This document shows positions 48,404 through 59,044 of a DNA stretch of 64,000 nucleotides, in pieces. This DNA is from Candidatus Zixiibacteriota bacterium. Its GTDB lineage: Bacteria; Zixibacteria; MSB-5A5; UBA10806; 4484-95. The translations under genes and the position numbers were made by a program. Location: positions 191,074-255,073 of the forward strand of contig JBBIRK010000004.1 in the NCBI GenBank assembly GCA_037441845.1, written 5' to 3'. The notes below the pieces were generated by a model. It worked only from the letters and a program-made list of their open reading frames with translations, was not told the DNA's origin and ran no database searches. Numbering within the stretch: position 1 is the stretch's first letter; every line of letters starts with the position of its first letter.

Positions 48404-50119
48404 ATGCTATGGACCAAGACTTTTATTCCTACGCTAAGGGAAGATCCCGCCGAAGCCGAGATCGTTTCGCATAAACTGCTTTTACGAGCCGGATTTATCA
48501 GAAAATTGACCGCCGGCGTGTATAATTATCTGCCGTTGATGCAACGTTGTATCAGCCGATTCAGTGCAATCGTCCGGCGGGAGATGGACGCCTCGGGGGC
48601 GATCGAGATAACCATGCCCGTTCTCCAGCCATCGGAATTATGGCAAAAGACCGGGCGCTGGGACACCTACGGCAAAGAACAGATGCGCCTTAAGGATCGG
48701 CACATGCGCGATATGGTGCTGGGGGGGACCCATGAAGAAGTGGTTACTTGGATAGTGCGTGGAGAGCTTAGAAGCTATCGTCAACTCCCGCTGAATTTAT
48801 ATCAAATACAGGTCAAGTTTCGCGATGAAATCAGGCCGCGTTTCGGATTGATGCGCGGACGCGAGTTTATAATGAAAGACGCCTATACTTTCGACGCCGA
48901 TGAAGCCGGTCTTAAAGTGGCGTACAACAAGATGGTCGATGCCTATTTCAAAATTTTCCGACAATGCGGATTCGACATAAAAATGGTCGAATCGGATGCG
49001 GGCGCGATGGGCGGCTATAGGGCTCATGAGTTCATGGTGCCGGTTCAAACCGACGGCGGCGAATGCATAATTCTGTCATGCGATAGATGCGATTATGCCG
49101 CCAATATCGAGATGGCCAGTTCGATTCCCGCCGAACAGCCGGCCAGCCGGGAGAATAAGCTTACCAAGGAAATGGTATATACTCCCAATATGAGGACGAT
49201 CGAGGAGATCACCGGTTTTCTTAAACTGCCCGCCGAAAGGTTCATCAAAACGCTTATATACCTTGCGGACGACAAGCCGGTCGCCGCCTTGATCCGAGGG
49301 GACAGATCGATAAACGAAATTAAATTGAAAAATCACCTGCGCTGCTTGGAACTAGTGATGGCCGATCCGGCCACGATCCTCAGGCTGACCAGTGCACAGG
49401 TCGGTTTTTCCGGGCCTATCGGGCTTAGGGGTGTTCCAATCATCGCCGATCCGGAAATCCGGAAAATGGTGAATTTCGTGGTAGGCGCCAACCGCGACGA
49501 TACCCATATAATAAATGCCAACCTCGAGGACTTCGAGGTAGATCACTGGGTCGAGATAAGAAACGCGGAGGCTGGAGAAGGTTGCCCGAGGTGTGGAATC
49601 GGACATCTCATCGCCAGCAAAGGGATAGAGGTCGGCAACACGTTCATGCTGGGCACCAAGTATTCCGATTCGCTGGGAGCGCATTTTATCGATGAGAAAG
49701 GGGAGGAGCGGCCGCTGGTCATGGGTTCTTATGGAATCGGTATCACGCGCACCATTCAGGCCGCGATTGAGGCATCTCACGATGATAAGGGAATAATCTG
49801 GCCGAAGCCGCTGGCTCCTTATGATTTCCATATAGTGCCCTTGAATATAGGAGATGACCGGCAAAGATCGATTGCCTTCGACTTACTGACAAAAATCGAG
49901 CAGGCCGGTTACAGCGCATTGCTCGATGATCGCGATGAGAGGCCAGGTGTAAAATTCAACGATGCCGATTTGATAGGAATACCGGTCAGAATCGCAATCG
50001 GTGAAAAAAGCTTGAAAGCAGGCAAGATCGAAATAACCGAGCGCCGAGGACTAAGAACGGAAAGCATTCCAATCGACCGAGGCGCGGAAATCGCTTTGAA
50101 AACGCTGGCCGATATTTGA
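48404..50119 (+). CDS. proS: proline--tRNA ligase (bacterial type with insertion editing domain)
   Basis: PTLREDP, THEE, KFRDEIRPRFGLMRGREF.MKDAY, GIEVG, MGSYGIG, PGVKFNDADLIG. Confidence 0.97.
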   Translation: MLWTKTFIPTLREDPAEAEIVSHKLLLRAGFIRKLTAGVYNYLPLMQRCISRFSAIVRREMDASGAIEITMPVLQPSELWQKTGRWDTYGKEQMRLKDRHMRDMVLGGTHEEVVTWIVRGELRSYRQLPLNLYQIQVKFRDEIRPRFGLMRGREFIMKDAYTFDADEAGLKVAYNKMVDAYFKIFRQCGFDIKMVESDAGAMGGYRAHEFMVPVQTDGGECIILSCDRCDYAANIEMASSIPAEQPASRENKLTKEMVYTPNMRTIEEITGFLKLPAERFIKTLIYLADDKPVAALIRGDRSINEIKLKNHLRCLELVMADPATILRLTSAQVGFSGPIGLRGVPIIADPEIRKMVNFVVGANRDDTHIINANLEDFEVDHWVEIRNAEAGEGCPRCGIGHLIASKGIEVGNTFMLGTKYSDSLGAHFIDEKGEERPLVMGSYGIGITRTIQAAIEASHDDKGIIWPKPLAPYDFHIVPLNIGDDRQRSIAFDLLTKIEQAGYSALLDDRDERPGVKFNDADLIGIPVRIAIGEKSLKAGKIEITERRGLRTESIPIDRGAEIALKTLADI

Positions 50120-50166
50120 GGCGAGCGCCTCACCCCGGATTCCCAAGCACCCCTAAACTCGACCAA

Positions 50167-51723
50167 TCATAAGGGTATATTGCCGTGTTTTTTCGGTGGA
50201 TTGCTGTCCCGTTTGGTGGCAAGCATGCGTAATGCCCGGATAAGCCTGGGTCTGGTTTCCGAAGGCACGATGATATCGTCGATATATCCTCGTTCGGCCG
50301 CCTTGAAAGGTGATGCGAATAGGTTGCGATATTCTTCTTCTTTCTGCTTAAGTAACGCTTCCGGATCTGGTGCCGAGGCGATTTCCTTTTTGAAAATGAT
50401 TTCCGCCGCTCCTTTCGGGCCCATAACGGCGATTTCGGCGGTGGGCCAGGCATAGTTGATATCGCCTCGTATATGTTTCGACGACATGACGTCGTAGGCC
50501 CCGCCGTAGGCTTTTCTGGTGATTACGGTCAATTTCGGCACGGTCGCCTCGCAATAAGCATAAAGAAGCTTAGCCCCATGTTTGATAATGCCGCCATGTT
50601 CCTGGCCGATCCCCGGCAGAAACCCCGGAACGTCCTCGAAAGTGACCAGCGGGATATTGAAACAATCGCAGAAACGCACGAAGCGGGCGCCCTTGATCGA
50701 ACTGTCTATATCCAGCACTCCTGCGAGATGGGCGGGTTGGTTGGCGACGATCCCGACGGACTGCCCGCCGAGCCTGGCGAATCCGATGATTATATTCGGT
50801 GCGTAATCGGGCTGTACCTCAAGAAAATCGCCGTTATCGACGATTTTGCTTATAACGTCTTTCATATCATAAGGCTTGTTGGGATTCTCCGGCACCAAGC
50901 TGTTGAGTGTCTCGTCCGCGCGGTCGATCGGATCGGTGCACTCGACTCGCGGCGGATCATCGAGGTTGTTTTGCGGCATGAAACTGAGCAATCTTCTCGT
51001 CAGTTGCAGCGCTTTCACCTCATTTTCGCAGGCGAAATGGGATACTCCCGATTTCGTGGAATGCACCTCAGCGCCCCCTAATTGATCGAAACTGACTTCT
51101 TCGTGCGTAACCGTCTTGACCACGTTCGGCCCGGTGACGAACATGAAAGATGTCCCCTTAACCATTATCGTGAAATCGGTAATCGCCGGTGAATAGACCG
51201 CACCGCCGGCGCACGGCCCAAGAATCACGGAAATCTGCGGCACCACGCCGGAATAGAGAGTATTGCGCAAGAATATCTCGGCATAACCGCCAAGCGAGAC
51301 CACACCCTCCTGGATGCGAGCGCCCCCGGAATCATTCAGCCCGATGACCGGCGCTCCCACTTTCGCGGCCATATCCATTATTTTACATACTTTTTCGGCG
51401 AACGCCTCGGACAACGTTCCTCCGAAAACGGTGAAATCCTGGCTGAAAACGAACACCGGGCGTCCGTCTATCAGCCCCGTTCCCGTGACCACGCCATCGC
51501 CGAAATATTTTTCCTTATCCATATCGAACTCGACGGTTCGGTGGGTGACGAACATGTCGAATTCCTCGAAGGATCCGTCATCCAAAAGAATATCGATTCT
51601 TTCCCGGGCAGTTAATTTTCCTTTTTTATGCTGCGCTTCGATCCTGCTTACGCCGCCGCCTTCGAGGGCGGCCTGCCTCATTTGTTGCAGCAACTTGTTT
51701 CTTTCTTCAAGGTTCACTTTCAC
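50167..51723 (-). CDS. pccB: acyl-CoA carboxylase carboxyltransferase beta subunit (propionyl-CoA carboxylase / methylmalonyl-CoA decarboxylase type)
   Basis: [58 protein letters not shown]. Confidence 0.9.
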   Translation of the reverse strand: MKVNLEERNKLLQQMRQAALEGGGVSRIEAQHKKGKLTARERIDILLDDGSFEEFDMFVTHRTVEFDMDKEKYFGDGVVTGTGLIDGRPVFVFSQDFTVFGGTLSEAFAEKVCKIMDMAAKVGAPVIGLNDSGGARIQEGVVSLGGYAEIFLRNTLYSGVVPQISVILGPCAGGAVYSPAITDFTIMVKGTSFMFVTGPNVVKTVTHEEVSFDQLGGAEVHSTKSGVSHFACENEVKALQLTRRLLSFMPQNNLDDPPRVECTDPIDRADETLNSLVPENPNKPYDMKDVISKIVDNGDFLEVQPDYAPNIIIGFARLGGQSVGIVANQPAHLAGVLDIDSSIKGARFVRFCDCFNIPLVTFEDVPGFLPGIGQEHGGIIKHGAKLLYAYCEATVPKLTVITRKAYGGAYDVMSSKHIRGDINYAWPTAEIAVMGPKGAAEIIFKKEIASAPDPEALLKQKEEEYRNLFASPFKAAERGYIDDIIVPSETRPRLIRALRMLATKRDSNPPKKHGNIPL

Positions 51724-51794
51724 GCCTCTCGATTTTAATCCGATCGAATTTTCGATCGCCGTCCGGGTTCGGCCGTTATCCGATTTCGTGTGTT

Positions 51795-52634
51795 TTATTC
51801 CACCTTAACGGGCACGACTTTACCGCTTTCATCTTCTTTGAACCTCGCGAACTTGAAATCGATATCGTGGTCGAATGCGAGGATCCAGTCTTCTTTGAGC
51901 ATTTTTTCGTTAAGCCAACGTTTGCGCATAATCGTGGTGGTCGGATCGAGATCGACCGCGGCGACGTAAGCTGTCCGCATATGCGCCGTCATCGGCATAA
52001 GGTCACCCGGATAGATCACCCTTTGCCCTCCGCCGTCTATCAAGACCGCTTGCATTCCCGGGGTATGCCCGCCGATCACCATCACCGATATTCCGGGAAA
52101 CAATACGTTATCGCCATCAAGCAATTCCAACTTACCCGATTGTTCGAATAATTTCAAGTTGTCCACCAAATAAGTCGCCGCGGTTCTTTCGTTGGGATTC
52201 ATGGCATCCTGCCATTCCCTCTTCTGCACGAAATATCTGGCTTTGGGGAAACGTAATCCCAGCCTGCCGTCAGTCTCCCGCTTAAGCGCACCCATCGCGT
52301 GATCGGCGTGAAGATGGGTGAAAATCACCGCGGTCACGTCTTCCGGCTTAATCGATATCTTTTCGAGTTCCAGAGGCCATCTCGTCGGTCCGCCGAGATT
52401 GTAGATTTTCAACTGACGCTCGTTCAGCACGTCCCCGAAACCGGCGTCCACAACTATCAGCTCTTTCCCGGCCCTGATCACCATCGGATTGATATCGAGC
52501 CTGATAAGATTGTTTTCATCCGCCGGACAGATCTTGTTCCACATGATTTTGGGGATAACGCCGAACATCGCCCCGCCGTCGAGTTTGAAATGATTTTCGA
52601 AAATCGAGATCAGTTCTATATCGCCTAATTTCAT
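51795..52634 (-). CDS. MBL-fold metallo-hydrolase (YtnP-like)
   Basis: [31 protein letters not shown]. Confidence 0.9.
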   Translation of the reverse strand: MKLGDIELISIFENHFKLDGGAMFGVIPKIMWNKICPADENNLIRLDINPMVIRAGKELIVVDAGFGDVLNERQLKIYNLGGPTRWPLELEKISIKPEDVTAVIFTHLHADHAMGALKRETDGRLGLRFPKARYFVQKREWQDAMNPNERTAATYLVDNLKLFEQSGKLELLDGDNVLFPGISVMVIGGHTPGMQAVLIDGGGQRVIYPGDLMPMTAHMRTAYVAAVDLDPTTTIMRKRWLNEKMLKEDWILAFDHDIDFKFARFKEDESGKVVPVKVE

Positions 52635-52811
52635 TGCGGCCGTCCTTGATTGAAACTTATTCCGGCAAATAAACCCATAAATATCATGTCATTATAATAC
52701 AATCGCACACTTACGGCAATCCCAGAATTAAATGCGGCCGATAAAGTATCGGTTCCCCTTGCCATTTCGGCGGACGGCCGATATTCTTCTTCTATAATGG
52801 TCATTTAACCA

Positions 52812-53258
52812 ATGAGTGAAAACATGAATGTGGCTGAGGGGTTGAGAGCGAACCATAAGGACCTGCTGCAATCTACAAGAGGGTTGACATCTGAACAGCT
52901 CGTTTCGGAAAATTCTTTCGGCCGCTGGTCGGCCCGAGACGTGTTGCTTCATATAGCGATGTGGGTGGGCGAGGTATTGAAAGCGGTTGCGGTTTGGAAA
53001 ACGAAGCATGATTACGACTGGGATTACGCGAAGGATTATTTATCGTACAATGATTTTTGGATTAACTCGACAAAACATCTTTCGGTCGATCAAGTATTGC
53101 AGATGCTGAATCTCCATCATTTCGTTCTTTACGGAGAGCTTTCCTCTATAAGCCCAGAAACTTGGACAAAACGGGGGATACCGGGTTGGCTGAAAGAAAT
53201 AGCGATCGACCACAGCCGTGAGCACGCCGCTAAATTGCGTGCTATCGTAATCGAGTGA
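52812..53258 (+). CDS. DinB/ClbS-DfsB-like four-helix bundle protein
   Basis: WSARDVLLHIAMW ... H.REH. Confidence 0.8.
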   Translation: MSENMNVAEGLRANHKDLLQSTRGLTSEQLVSENSFGRWSARDVLLHIAMWVGEVLKAVAVWKTKHDYDWDYAKDYLSYNDFWINSTKHLSVDQVLQMLNLHHFVLYGELSSISPETWTKRGIPGWLKEIAIDHSREHAAKLRAIVIE

Positions 53259-53384
53259 GCGCTTGAACGATCCGGCTGGCGCGGAGATCGAAACAATTCA
53301 CGAATAGCCGATGCTCAAATCTATTGCCTTGTATTCGTGATTTCATATATTTGCCATTACCAACGGGCTTCAGCGATGGAGGGA

Positions 53385-53861
53385 ATGCTGATTATTACTG
53401 AGGCGATAGAAGCGGCCAACAGATCGATCACCGCCTTTTTGGAGGTGCTTGCCGATATCCCGCAAGAGTCTCTTACTAAGCCGAAAACGGTAGGTGATTG
53501 GTCGATCAAAGATATTATAATTCATCTGGCGGTTTGGGAGGAGGAGGCGGCCAGGGCGTTCGAAATCTGGAAAATCGGAATCGAACCGGACTGGTCGCAT
53601 ATCGATAATCTCGACAAATTCAACCAGGAATCGATCAATTCGCGGCGGCGTTGGTCAACCTCCAAAGCGATCGAACATTTGAAAACGGTTCATAACGGCA
53701 TAATCGAAAATATAAAAAGCTTTCCCGAAAGCGAATTCGCCAAGCGGGGAGGGATGCCACGCTGGCTTTATAGTCAAATCACCAGCCATATCGAGGAGCA
53801 TGCAGCAAAGGTGGCGGCTTATAAACACCGGCTTACCGCTCTTCCGGAATCTAAAATGTAA
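53385..53861 (+). CDS. DinB/ClbS-DfsB-like four-helix bundle protein
   Basis: WSIKDIIIHLAVW ... D.FN ... HIEEH; GGAGG RBS before 53385. Confidence 0.82.
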   Translation: MLIITEAIEAANRSITAFLEVLADIPQESLTKPKTVGDWSIKDIIIHLAVWEEEAARAFEIWKIGIEPDWSHIDNLDKFNQESINSRRRWSTSKAIEHLKTVHNGIIENIKSFPESEFAKRGGMPRWLYSQITSHIEEHAAKVAAYKHRLTALPESKM

Positions 53862-53980
53862 GGCTATTTCATCGAAGCGCGGACGGAAACTAATTCGAGC
53901 CTTATGGATGTGCGCCTTTGGTCCCCGATGGGAATAGGCGTATCATAAAAAAACAATTGCATCCAACCCGCAATTCTCCC

Positions 53981-54682
53981 ATGGCAGAACCTGGAAAATA
54001 CAAAAAGGTTATCGTCTCTGCGTTCCCCGATTATAAATTCAGCTGGGAGATATATACGGAGCTAATTCTGGACAAATTAAAAGATGATCCGATCTGGCTT
54101 GATCTCGGTGCCGGCACAAATATCATTATCAAAGAACAGCCCGGTGCCCGATTCGCGCTCGGAATCGATCAAGAGATGCCCGATGACGTATTTACCGATG
54201 ACCACGCCGCTTACTGCGTGGCTGATATCTGCCGACTGCCGCTGAAAAATGATAGCTTCGATTTCATAACCAGTCGATTCACTTTCGAACATCTTGCCGA
54301 CCCGGAAACGGCGCTGATCGAGGCTGAACGCGTGCTTCGACCGGGCGGAATTTTTATAGTTCAGACGACTAATTGCCGAAATCCCCTCGTACTTATGGCA
54401 AGATTCATCCCCTATTTTATAAAGAAGCCTCTTTATCGGAAATTATTCGGAGAGCCGCCGTCTGGCATATTCAAGACTCATTACAAAATAAACACTCCGA
54501 GGCGATTGTTCCGAGTGGTAAATGGCCTGCGGCCGAAAAAGCTTTATTTGATTGAAGATATTCTCTACGGCTCCAAATTTCTCTTTTATGGATCGTTTCT
54601 TATGTATAGATTATTACGGTTCTTTGGACTGGAATCGTTTTACGGTAATATGATCGCCGTTTACGAAAAAGGCGAAAGTTGA
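53981..54682 (+). CDS. class I SAM-dependent methyltransferase
   Basis: WLDLGAG, LPLKNDSFD, FEHL.DP, RVLRPGG. Start uncertain (53918 or 53981). Confidence 0.88.
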   Translation: MAEPGKYKKVIVSAFPDYKFSWEIYTELILDKLKDDPIWLDLGAGTNIIIKEQPGARFALGIDQEMPDDVFTDDHAAYCVADICRLPLKNDSFDFITSRFTFEHLADPETALIEAERVLRPGGIFIVQTTNCRNPLVLMARFIPYFIKKPLYRKLFGEPPSGIFKTHYKINTPRRLFRVVNGLRPKKLYLIEDILYGSKFLFYGSFLMYRLLRFFGLESFYGNMIAVYEKGES

Positions 54683-54683
54683 C

Positions 54684-56180
54684 GTGCTGAAGTTCGATAA
54701 AATCCTCATTGCCAATCGCGGCGAAATAGCGGTGAGGATTATTCGCGCTTGCCGAGATCTCGGGATAAAGACGGTGGCTGTTTATTCTGAGGCTGACCGC
54801 TATTCTCGTCACGTAGAGCTCGCCGATGAGGCCATATGCATCGGTCCACCACCGTCCGTTCAATCTTATTTGGTGATGCAAAACGTGATCAAAGCAGCCA
54901 AATCGACCGGGGCGCAGGCGGTTCATCCCGGTTACGGATTCCTATCGGAAAATGCGGAGTTCGCTCGGGCGGTCGATCAAGCCGGTTTGACATTTATCGG
55001 GCCGCCGGCCTCCGCTATCGCCATGATGGGTGACAAAATGGCCGCTCGTGCGGCGATGCAGCAATCCGGGGTGCCGGTCGTTCCCGGAACGGTTGACCCG
55101 ATCGAATCCGAAGAGCAATGCCGTCAAGTGATCGAGAAAATCGGACTGCCGGTGCTGATTAAAGCGGCGGGGGGCGGGGGAGGCAAGGGGATGCGGGTCG
55201 TCCATTCTATGGATGACATAGAGCGTTCCTTGCGCAGCGCCGTTTCCGAGGCCGGATCGGCGTTCGGAGATAGCCGCGTTTACATAGAAAAATATATATC
55301 CGAGCCCAGGCACATAGAAATTCAAATCTTCGCCGACATTCACGGAAATTGTTGCTATTTGGGCGAGCGCGAATGTTCAATTCAGCGGCGTCACCAAAAG
55401 GTCATCGAGGAAGCGCCGAGTCCGATAGTCGACCAAGCCATGCGCAGAAAGATGGGCGAGGCGGCCGTTGCCGCTGCCCGGGCCTGCGGCTATATCAATG
55501 CCGGCACGGTGGAATTCCTCGTGGACGGCACCGGCGAATTTTATTTTCTCGAAATGAACACCCGCCTTCAGGTGGAACATCCGGTCACCGAGATGGTTAC
55601 CGGAATCGATATGGTTGTCGAGCAGATAAGGGTGGCATCGGGTTTGCCGCTGAGTTTCACACAGGATGACATTAAAATTTCCGGTCACGCAATCGAATGT
55701 CGCATCTATGCGGAAGATCCGGCTACATTCCTTCCGGCGGTCGGCAAATTGAAAAAATATCGTGAGCCTTCGGGTCCGGGCATCCGGGTCGATTCAGGCG
55801 TCTATGAGGGAGCCGAAATATCGGTCTATTACGACCCGCTGATTGCCAAACTGGTCGCCTCCGGCGGCAACCGGGAAATCGCCTGCGCGAGAATGCGTCG
55901 CGCGCTCAAAGAATACACCATCGCCGGAGTCGTAACCAACCTCGATTTTCACCGCAAAGTGCTGGAAAACGAAAAATTCGCCGCCGGGAAAATTTCCACT
56001 CACTTTATCGAACAAAATTACTCGGGCCCGGACGATCCTGATCCGAAGGAGCTTCAGCTTGCGGCGATTGCCGCCGTTTTAGCCGATCATCGCTCGAAAC
56101 GCAGCGTGTTTTCGCATGCCAAAAGCACCGGCAGCCGCTGGCTGGAATACGGGCGACGGATGGGACTGAGAGCAAGTTAG
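54684..56180 (+). CDS. accC: biotin carboxylase subunit of an acyl-CoA carboxylase
   Basis: IANRGEIA, HPGYGFLSEN, GGGGKGMR, ECSIQRRHQK, EMNTRLQVEH. Confidence 0.93.
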   Translation: MLKFDKILIANRGEIAVRIIRACRDLGIKTVAVYSEADRYSRHVELADEAICIGPPPSVQSYLVMQNVIKAAKSTGAQAVHPGYGFLSENAEFARAVDQAGLTFIGPPASAIAMMGDKMAARAAMQQSGVPVVPGTVDPIESEEQCRQVIEKIGLPVLIKAAGGGGGKGMRVVHSMDDIERSLRSAVSEAGSAFGDSRVYIEKYISEPRHIEIQIFADIHGNCCYLGERECSIQRRHQKVIEEAPSPIVDQAMRRKMGEAAVAAARACGYINAGTVEFLVDGTGEFYFLEMNTRLQVEHPVTEMVTGIDMVVEQIRVASGLPLSFTQDDIKISGHAIECRIYAEDPATFLPAVGKLKKYREPSGPGIRVDSGVYEGAEISVYYDPLIAKLVASGGNREIACARMRRALKEYTIAGVVTNLDFHRKVLENEKFAAGKISTHFIEQNYSGPDDPDPKELQLAAIAAVLADHRSKRSVFSHAKSTGSRWLEYGRRMGLRAS

Positions 56181-56189
56181 GGAGGCATT

Positions 56190-56699
56190 ATGATCTACTC
56201 CGCCCAGGCGGGATCCAAGCAATTCAAGATCGAAATCAAGGGTGGCGACAACGGAGACCTTGAACTCAAACTCGATGAACAGCCGATAAAAATCGATCGA
56301 TATGAGTTCGAGGCGAACAATTCACTGAGACTGGCGATCGGAGGCCGCACCGCCGAAATCGTAGTCGAAAAAAACCAGGACGACTATCATTGTTGGCTGA
56401 ATTCCAGATTGATTAAATGCGAAGTCATAGACGAAAAATCAGCCAAATACAGTGGGCTTGCAGGAAGCGGTCAAGGGTCCCGAAAAGGGTATACTCTTGC
56501 AGCGCCGATGCCCGGCCTGATACTCAAAGTAGAAGTTGAGGTCGGCCAGAAAGTCGAAAAGGGACAGGGTTTGGTAATCATGGAAGCCATGAAAATGGAG
56601 AACGAATTGCGTTCGGCGCATAGCGGAACCGTCAAGGAAATAAAGGTTTCACCGGGGCAAACGGTTGATAAAAATCAGCCGCTGATTATATTCGACTGA
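56190..56699 (+). CDS. biotin carboxyl carrier protein (with N-terminal BT-like domain)
   Basis: APMPG and EAMKMEN biotinylation motif. Confidence 0.93.
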   Translation: MIYSAQAGSKQFKIEIKGGDNGDLELKLDEQPIKIDRYEFEANNSLRLAIGGRTAEIVVEKNQDDYHCWLNSRLIKCEVIDEKSAKYSGLAGSGQGSRKGYTLAAPMPGLILKVEVEVGQKVEKGQGLVIMEAMKMENELRSAHSGTVKEIKVSPGQTVDKNQPLIIFD

Positions 56700-56804
56700 T
56701 CGATTCATTCGATAGCTCGGAAAAATAGAGAATCGCCCGCCGACGGCTACATAAATCCATCTCGCTCCGAATCGTATAATGCCGATATAAATCAGATGAC
56801 CCGA

Positions 56805-57653
56805 TTAATCTCTAAAGAAATGACGCATGACGAAGAAGATATTCTCTTTGCGTTCACGCAATCGACGCAGGTAATAGGGGATCCAGTGTGTTCCAAAAGG
56901 TGCATAAATCCGCATTCTGTATCCCTTTTGAACCAAATTCCTCTGACCCGAACGATTTATTCCATATAACATCTGAAATTCATAATCACCGTTTTTTTTA
57001 CCCAGCTGCTCGGCCTGCCGTATCGCGGCCTCGATCATCTTGCCGTCATGTGTGGCTATTGCCGGATAATGCCCGCCCTTCAATAGCATCCCCGCCAATT
57101 TGACGAAATTGGCGTTTACCGCCTCTTTGGCCTGAAAAGCCACCTCTTTAGGCTCGCGATAGGCGCCTTTACACAGCCTTACCGATACGCCCCGCCGTAT
57201 GCACTCGGCCACGTCTTCCTCGGAGCGGTAAAGATAAGCTTGAATCACCGCCCCTACGTTGCCGTATTTCTCGTGCCATCGGTAAACCAGATTAAGCGTT
57301 CTTTCCGTGTATAGGGAGCCTTCCATATCCACTCTGACGAAATTTCTCAAACCGTCAGCCGTCTCGAGTATCCTGCTTACATTATCGAAACAGAATTCGT
57401 TCGAAATATCCAGCCCCATTTGAGTCAGCTTAATCGATATGTGCGAATCTATGCCGGATGCCGCGATGGTTGTAAGCAGACCGATATAGTTGTCGGCGGC
57501 GCGGGTCGCCTGCTCCTTGCTCTTGACGTTTTCGCCCAGAATATCGAGGGTCGCGCTCATTCCCATCCGATTCAATCGACGAACCGCCTCGATAGCGCTT
57601 TCCATGGTTTCACCGGTAATGAATCTCTTGGCAAAAATGGTCAATACGCTCAC
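56805..57653 (-). CDS. monofunctional proline dehydrogenase
   Basis: LDILGE, SIKLTQ.G, VDME, QAYL.R, RLCKGAY, ATHD, EFQMLYG, YYLRRL.ER. Confidence 0.94.
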   Translation of the reverse strand: MSVLTIFAKRFITGETMESAIEAVRRLNRMGMSATLDILGENVKSKEQATRAADNYIGLLTTIAASGIDSHISIKLTQMGLDISNEFCFDNVSRILETADGLRNFVRVDMEGSLYTERTLNLVYRWHEKYGNVGAVIQAYLYRSEEDVAECIRRGVSVRLCKGAYREPKEVAFQAKEAVNANFVKLAGMLLKGGHYPAIATHDGKMIEAAIRQAEQLGKKNGDYEFQMLYGINRSGQRNLVQKGYRMRIYAPFGTHWIPYYLRRLRERKENIFFVMRHFFRD

Positions 57654-57744
57654 ATCGACCTCCTCACCTGACGAGCTGCAATCTATGGTCGGTATGAACT
57701 GTTGGCAAGTGAAAATATTCGCAAGTGCCGATGAAAATACGGAA

Positions 57745-58917
57745 TTATTTGTTTGGGGCGGGCGGCTCGGTTTTATCGGCGGCGCTGTTTTCTATATCCA
57801 GCATCTTCATTCCCTCGGTGTAAGCCATGGTATGCGGTTCCACCACTCGAAGCAGTTTCTGGGTGACCTGGCGGATTCTCAAGGCGCTCTTCTCGATAGT
57901 CTCGAGCTTGAGAATTATATCTTCGCTCAGGTTTTCCTTGTTGAGTAGAATCAGCTGGGTATTGCCGAGTATCGCAGTCAGCGGATTATTGACTTCGTGA
58001 TTGACCGCCACCGCCGTCTCGAGCACCGAAGCGAGCTTTTCACCCTTTACGATTGTCTTGTGATCTCGGATGAGATTCTTCAGTGTTTCCGCAATCTCGG
58101 AATAACCTAGCGGAGTCCCGAGTTCCACGATCAACCCCCTGAACCGGGAAATTAATAATTCCGGATCATGAAACGTTCCCCCCATCAACACGGTGAGGTT
58201 TTCCTCGTTGATTTTGACCTCTCTCCAGGCTATGGACTGTATCTTGAGATCAGACGGAAACGCCGATTTCAGAGAAGCGATTTCCTCATCGGAAGCCGAC
58301 TGTTGATCTTTGCTCAGGATTTCGCTGTGCCTGCCGGAAATCGCTATCGATTTGACCTGTTTGTGACCGATATCCGCAAGCAAGCCGTGGGTAGGTTCCT
58401 TTTTTCCCGATATGAGGATTAAATTAACGCCGGTCGATGCGAATTCCCGCAATGCGTTCAGCGCCAGCGCACCGATATCGACAGTCGCCCGGGCTCCCTT
58501 TGCAGTCAGAATCGCACCCATGATGTTTGCGCTTAATTCGAGTATCTGTCCCATGATATGACGGAATTGATTTCCCGATTCGGCGGCAACGGCCACGATA
58601 CCGCCATAACCCGGAATTGATTTTATTCTGGCCGCCCAAATCACAGTTCTGACTTCGCCGTCTAAATCGATTCTACAAGAGCGGGCATCGATCCGGCAGA
58701 GGCGGCTATAAGACTCGTTTATCGCTTTCAGATAAGCTGGATTGCCTTTGGCCGACTCGGAAATCACTCCGCCCGAATATTCGATTCGGGCAAGAGCCGC
58801 ATACGGCTTGACCCAACTCATTAGGGAATCGACTGCTTTTCCTGTCAAATTTTCCGGTGTGGCAAAAGTCAGCTCGTGGAGCGATTCGATTAATCCATAA
58901 AACGGCCAGATTTCCAT
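57745..58917 (-). CDS. protein with a C-terminal HisKA phosphoacceptor domain and no HATPase domain
   Basis: AVNHEVNNPLTAILG H-box; the protein ends about 80 aa later without N/G1/F/G2 boxes. Confidence 0.8.
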   Translation of the reverse strand: MEIWPFYGLIESLHELTFATPENLTGKAVDSLMSWVKPYAALARIEYSGGVISESAKGNPAYLKAINESYSRLCRIDARSCRIDLDGEVRTVIWAARIKSIPGYGGIVAVAAESGNQFRHIMGQILELSANIMGAILTAKGARATVDIGALALNALREFASTGVNLILISGKKEPTHGLLADIGHKQVKSIAISGRHSEILSKDQQSASDEEIASLKSAFPSDLKIQSIAWREVKINEENLTVLMGGTFHDPELLISRFRGLIVELGTPLGYSEIAETLKNLIRDHKTIVKGEKLASVLETAVAVNHEVNNPLTAILGNTQLILLNKENLSEDIILKLETIEKSALRIRQVTQKLLRVVEPHTMAYTEGMKMLDIENSAADKTEPPAPNK

Positions 58918-58964
58918 TTAATCGATCTTTCTTAATTCCAAAGAAGGAAAATTTTATCCCTGCC

Positions 58965-59000
58965 ATATTACTTGACAAATTTGAGCCATGTCAATAAGAT
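58965..59000. promoter_or_regulatory. overlapping divergent sigma70 promoters (purF and HisKA gene)
   Basis: TTGACA-N11-TGTCAA; plus strand TTGACA-17-TAAGAT; minus strand TTGACA-18-TAATAT. Confidence 0.65.
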
Positions 59001-59044
59001 ATCGGCTCTAAAACAGATATCGGCAGCCGACAAAAGGTAGTTGA

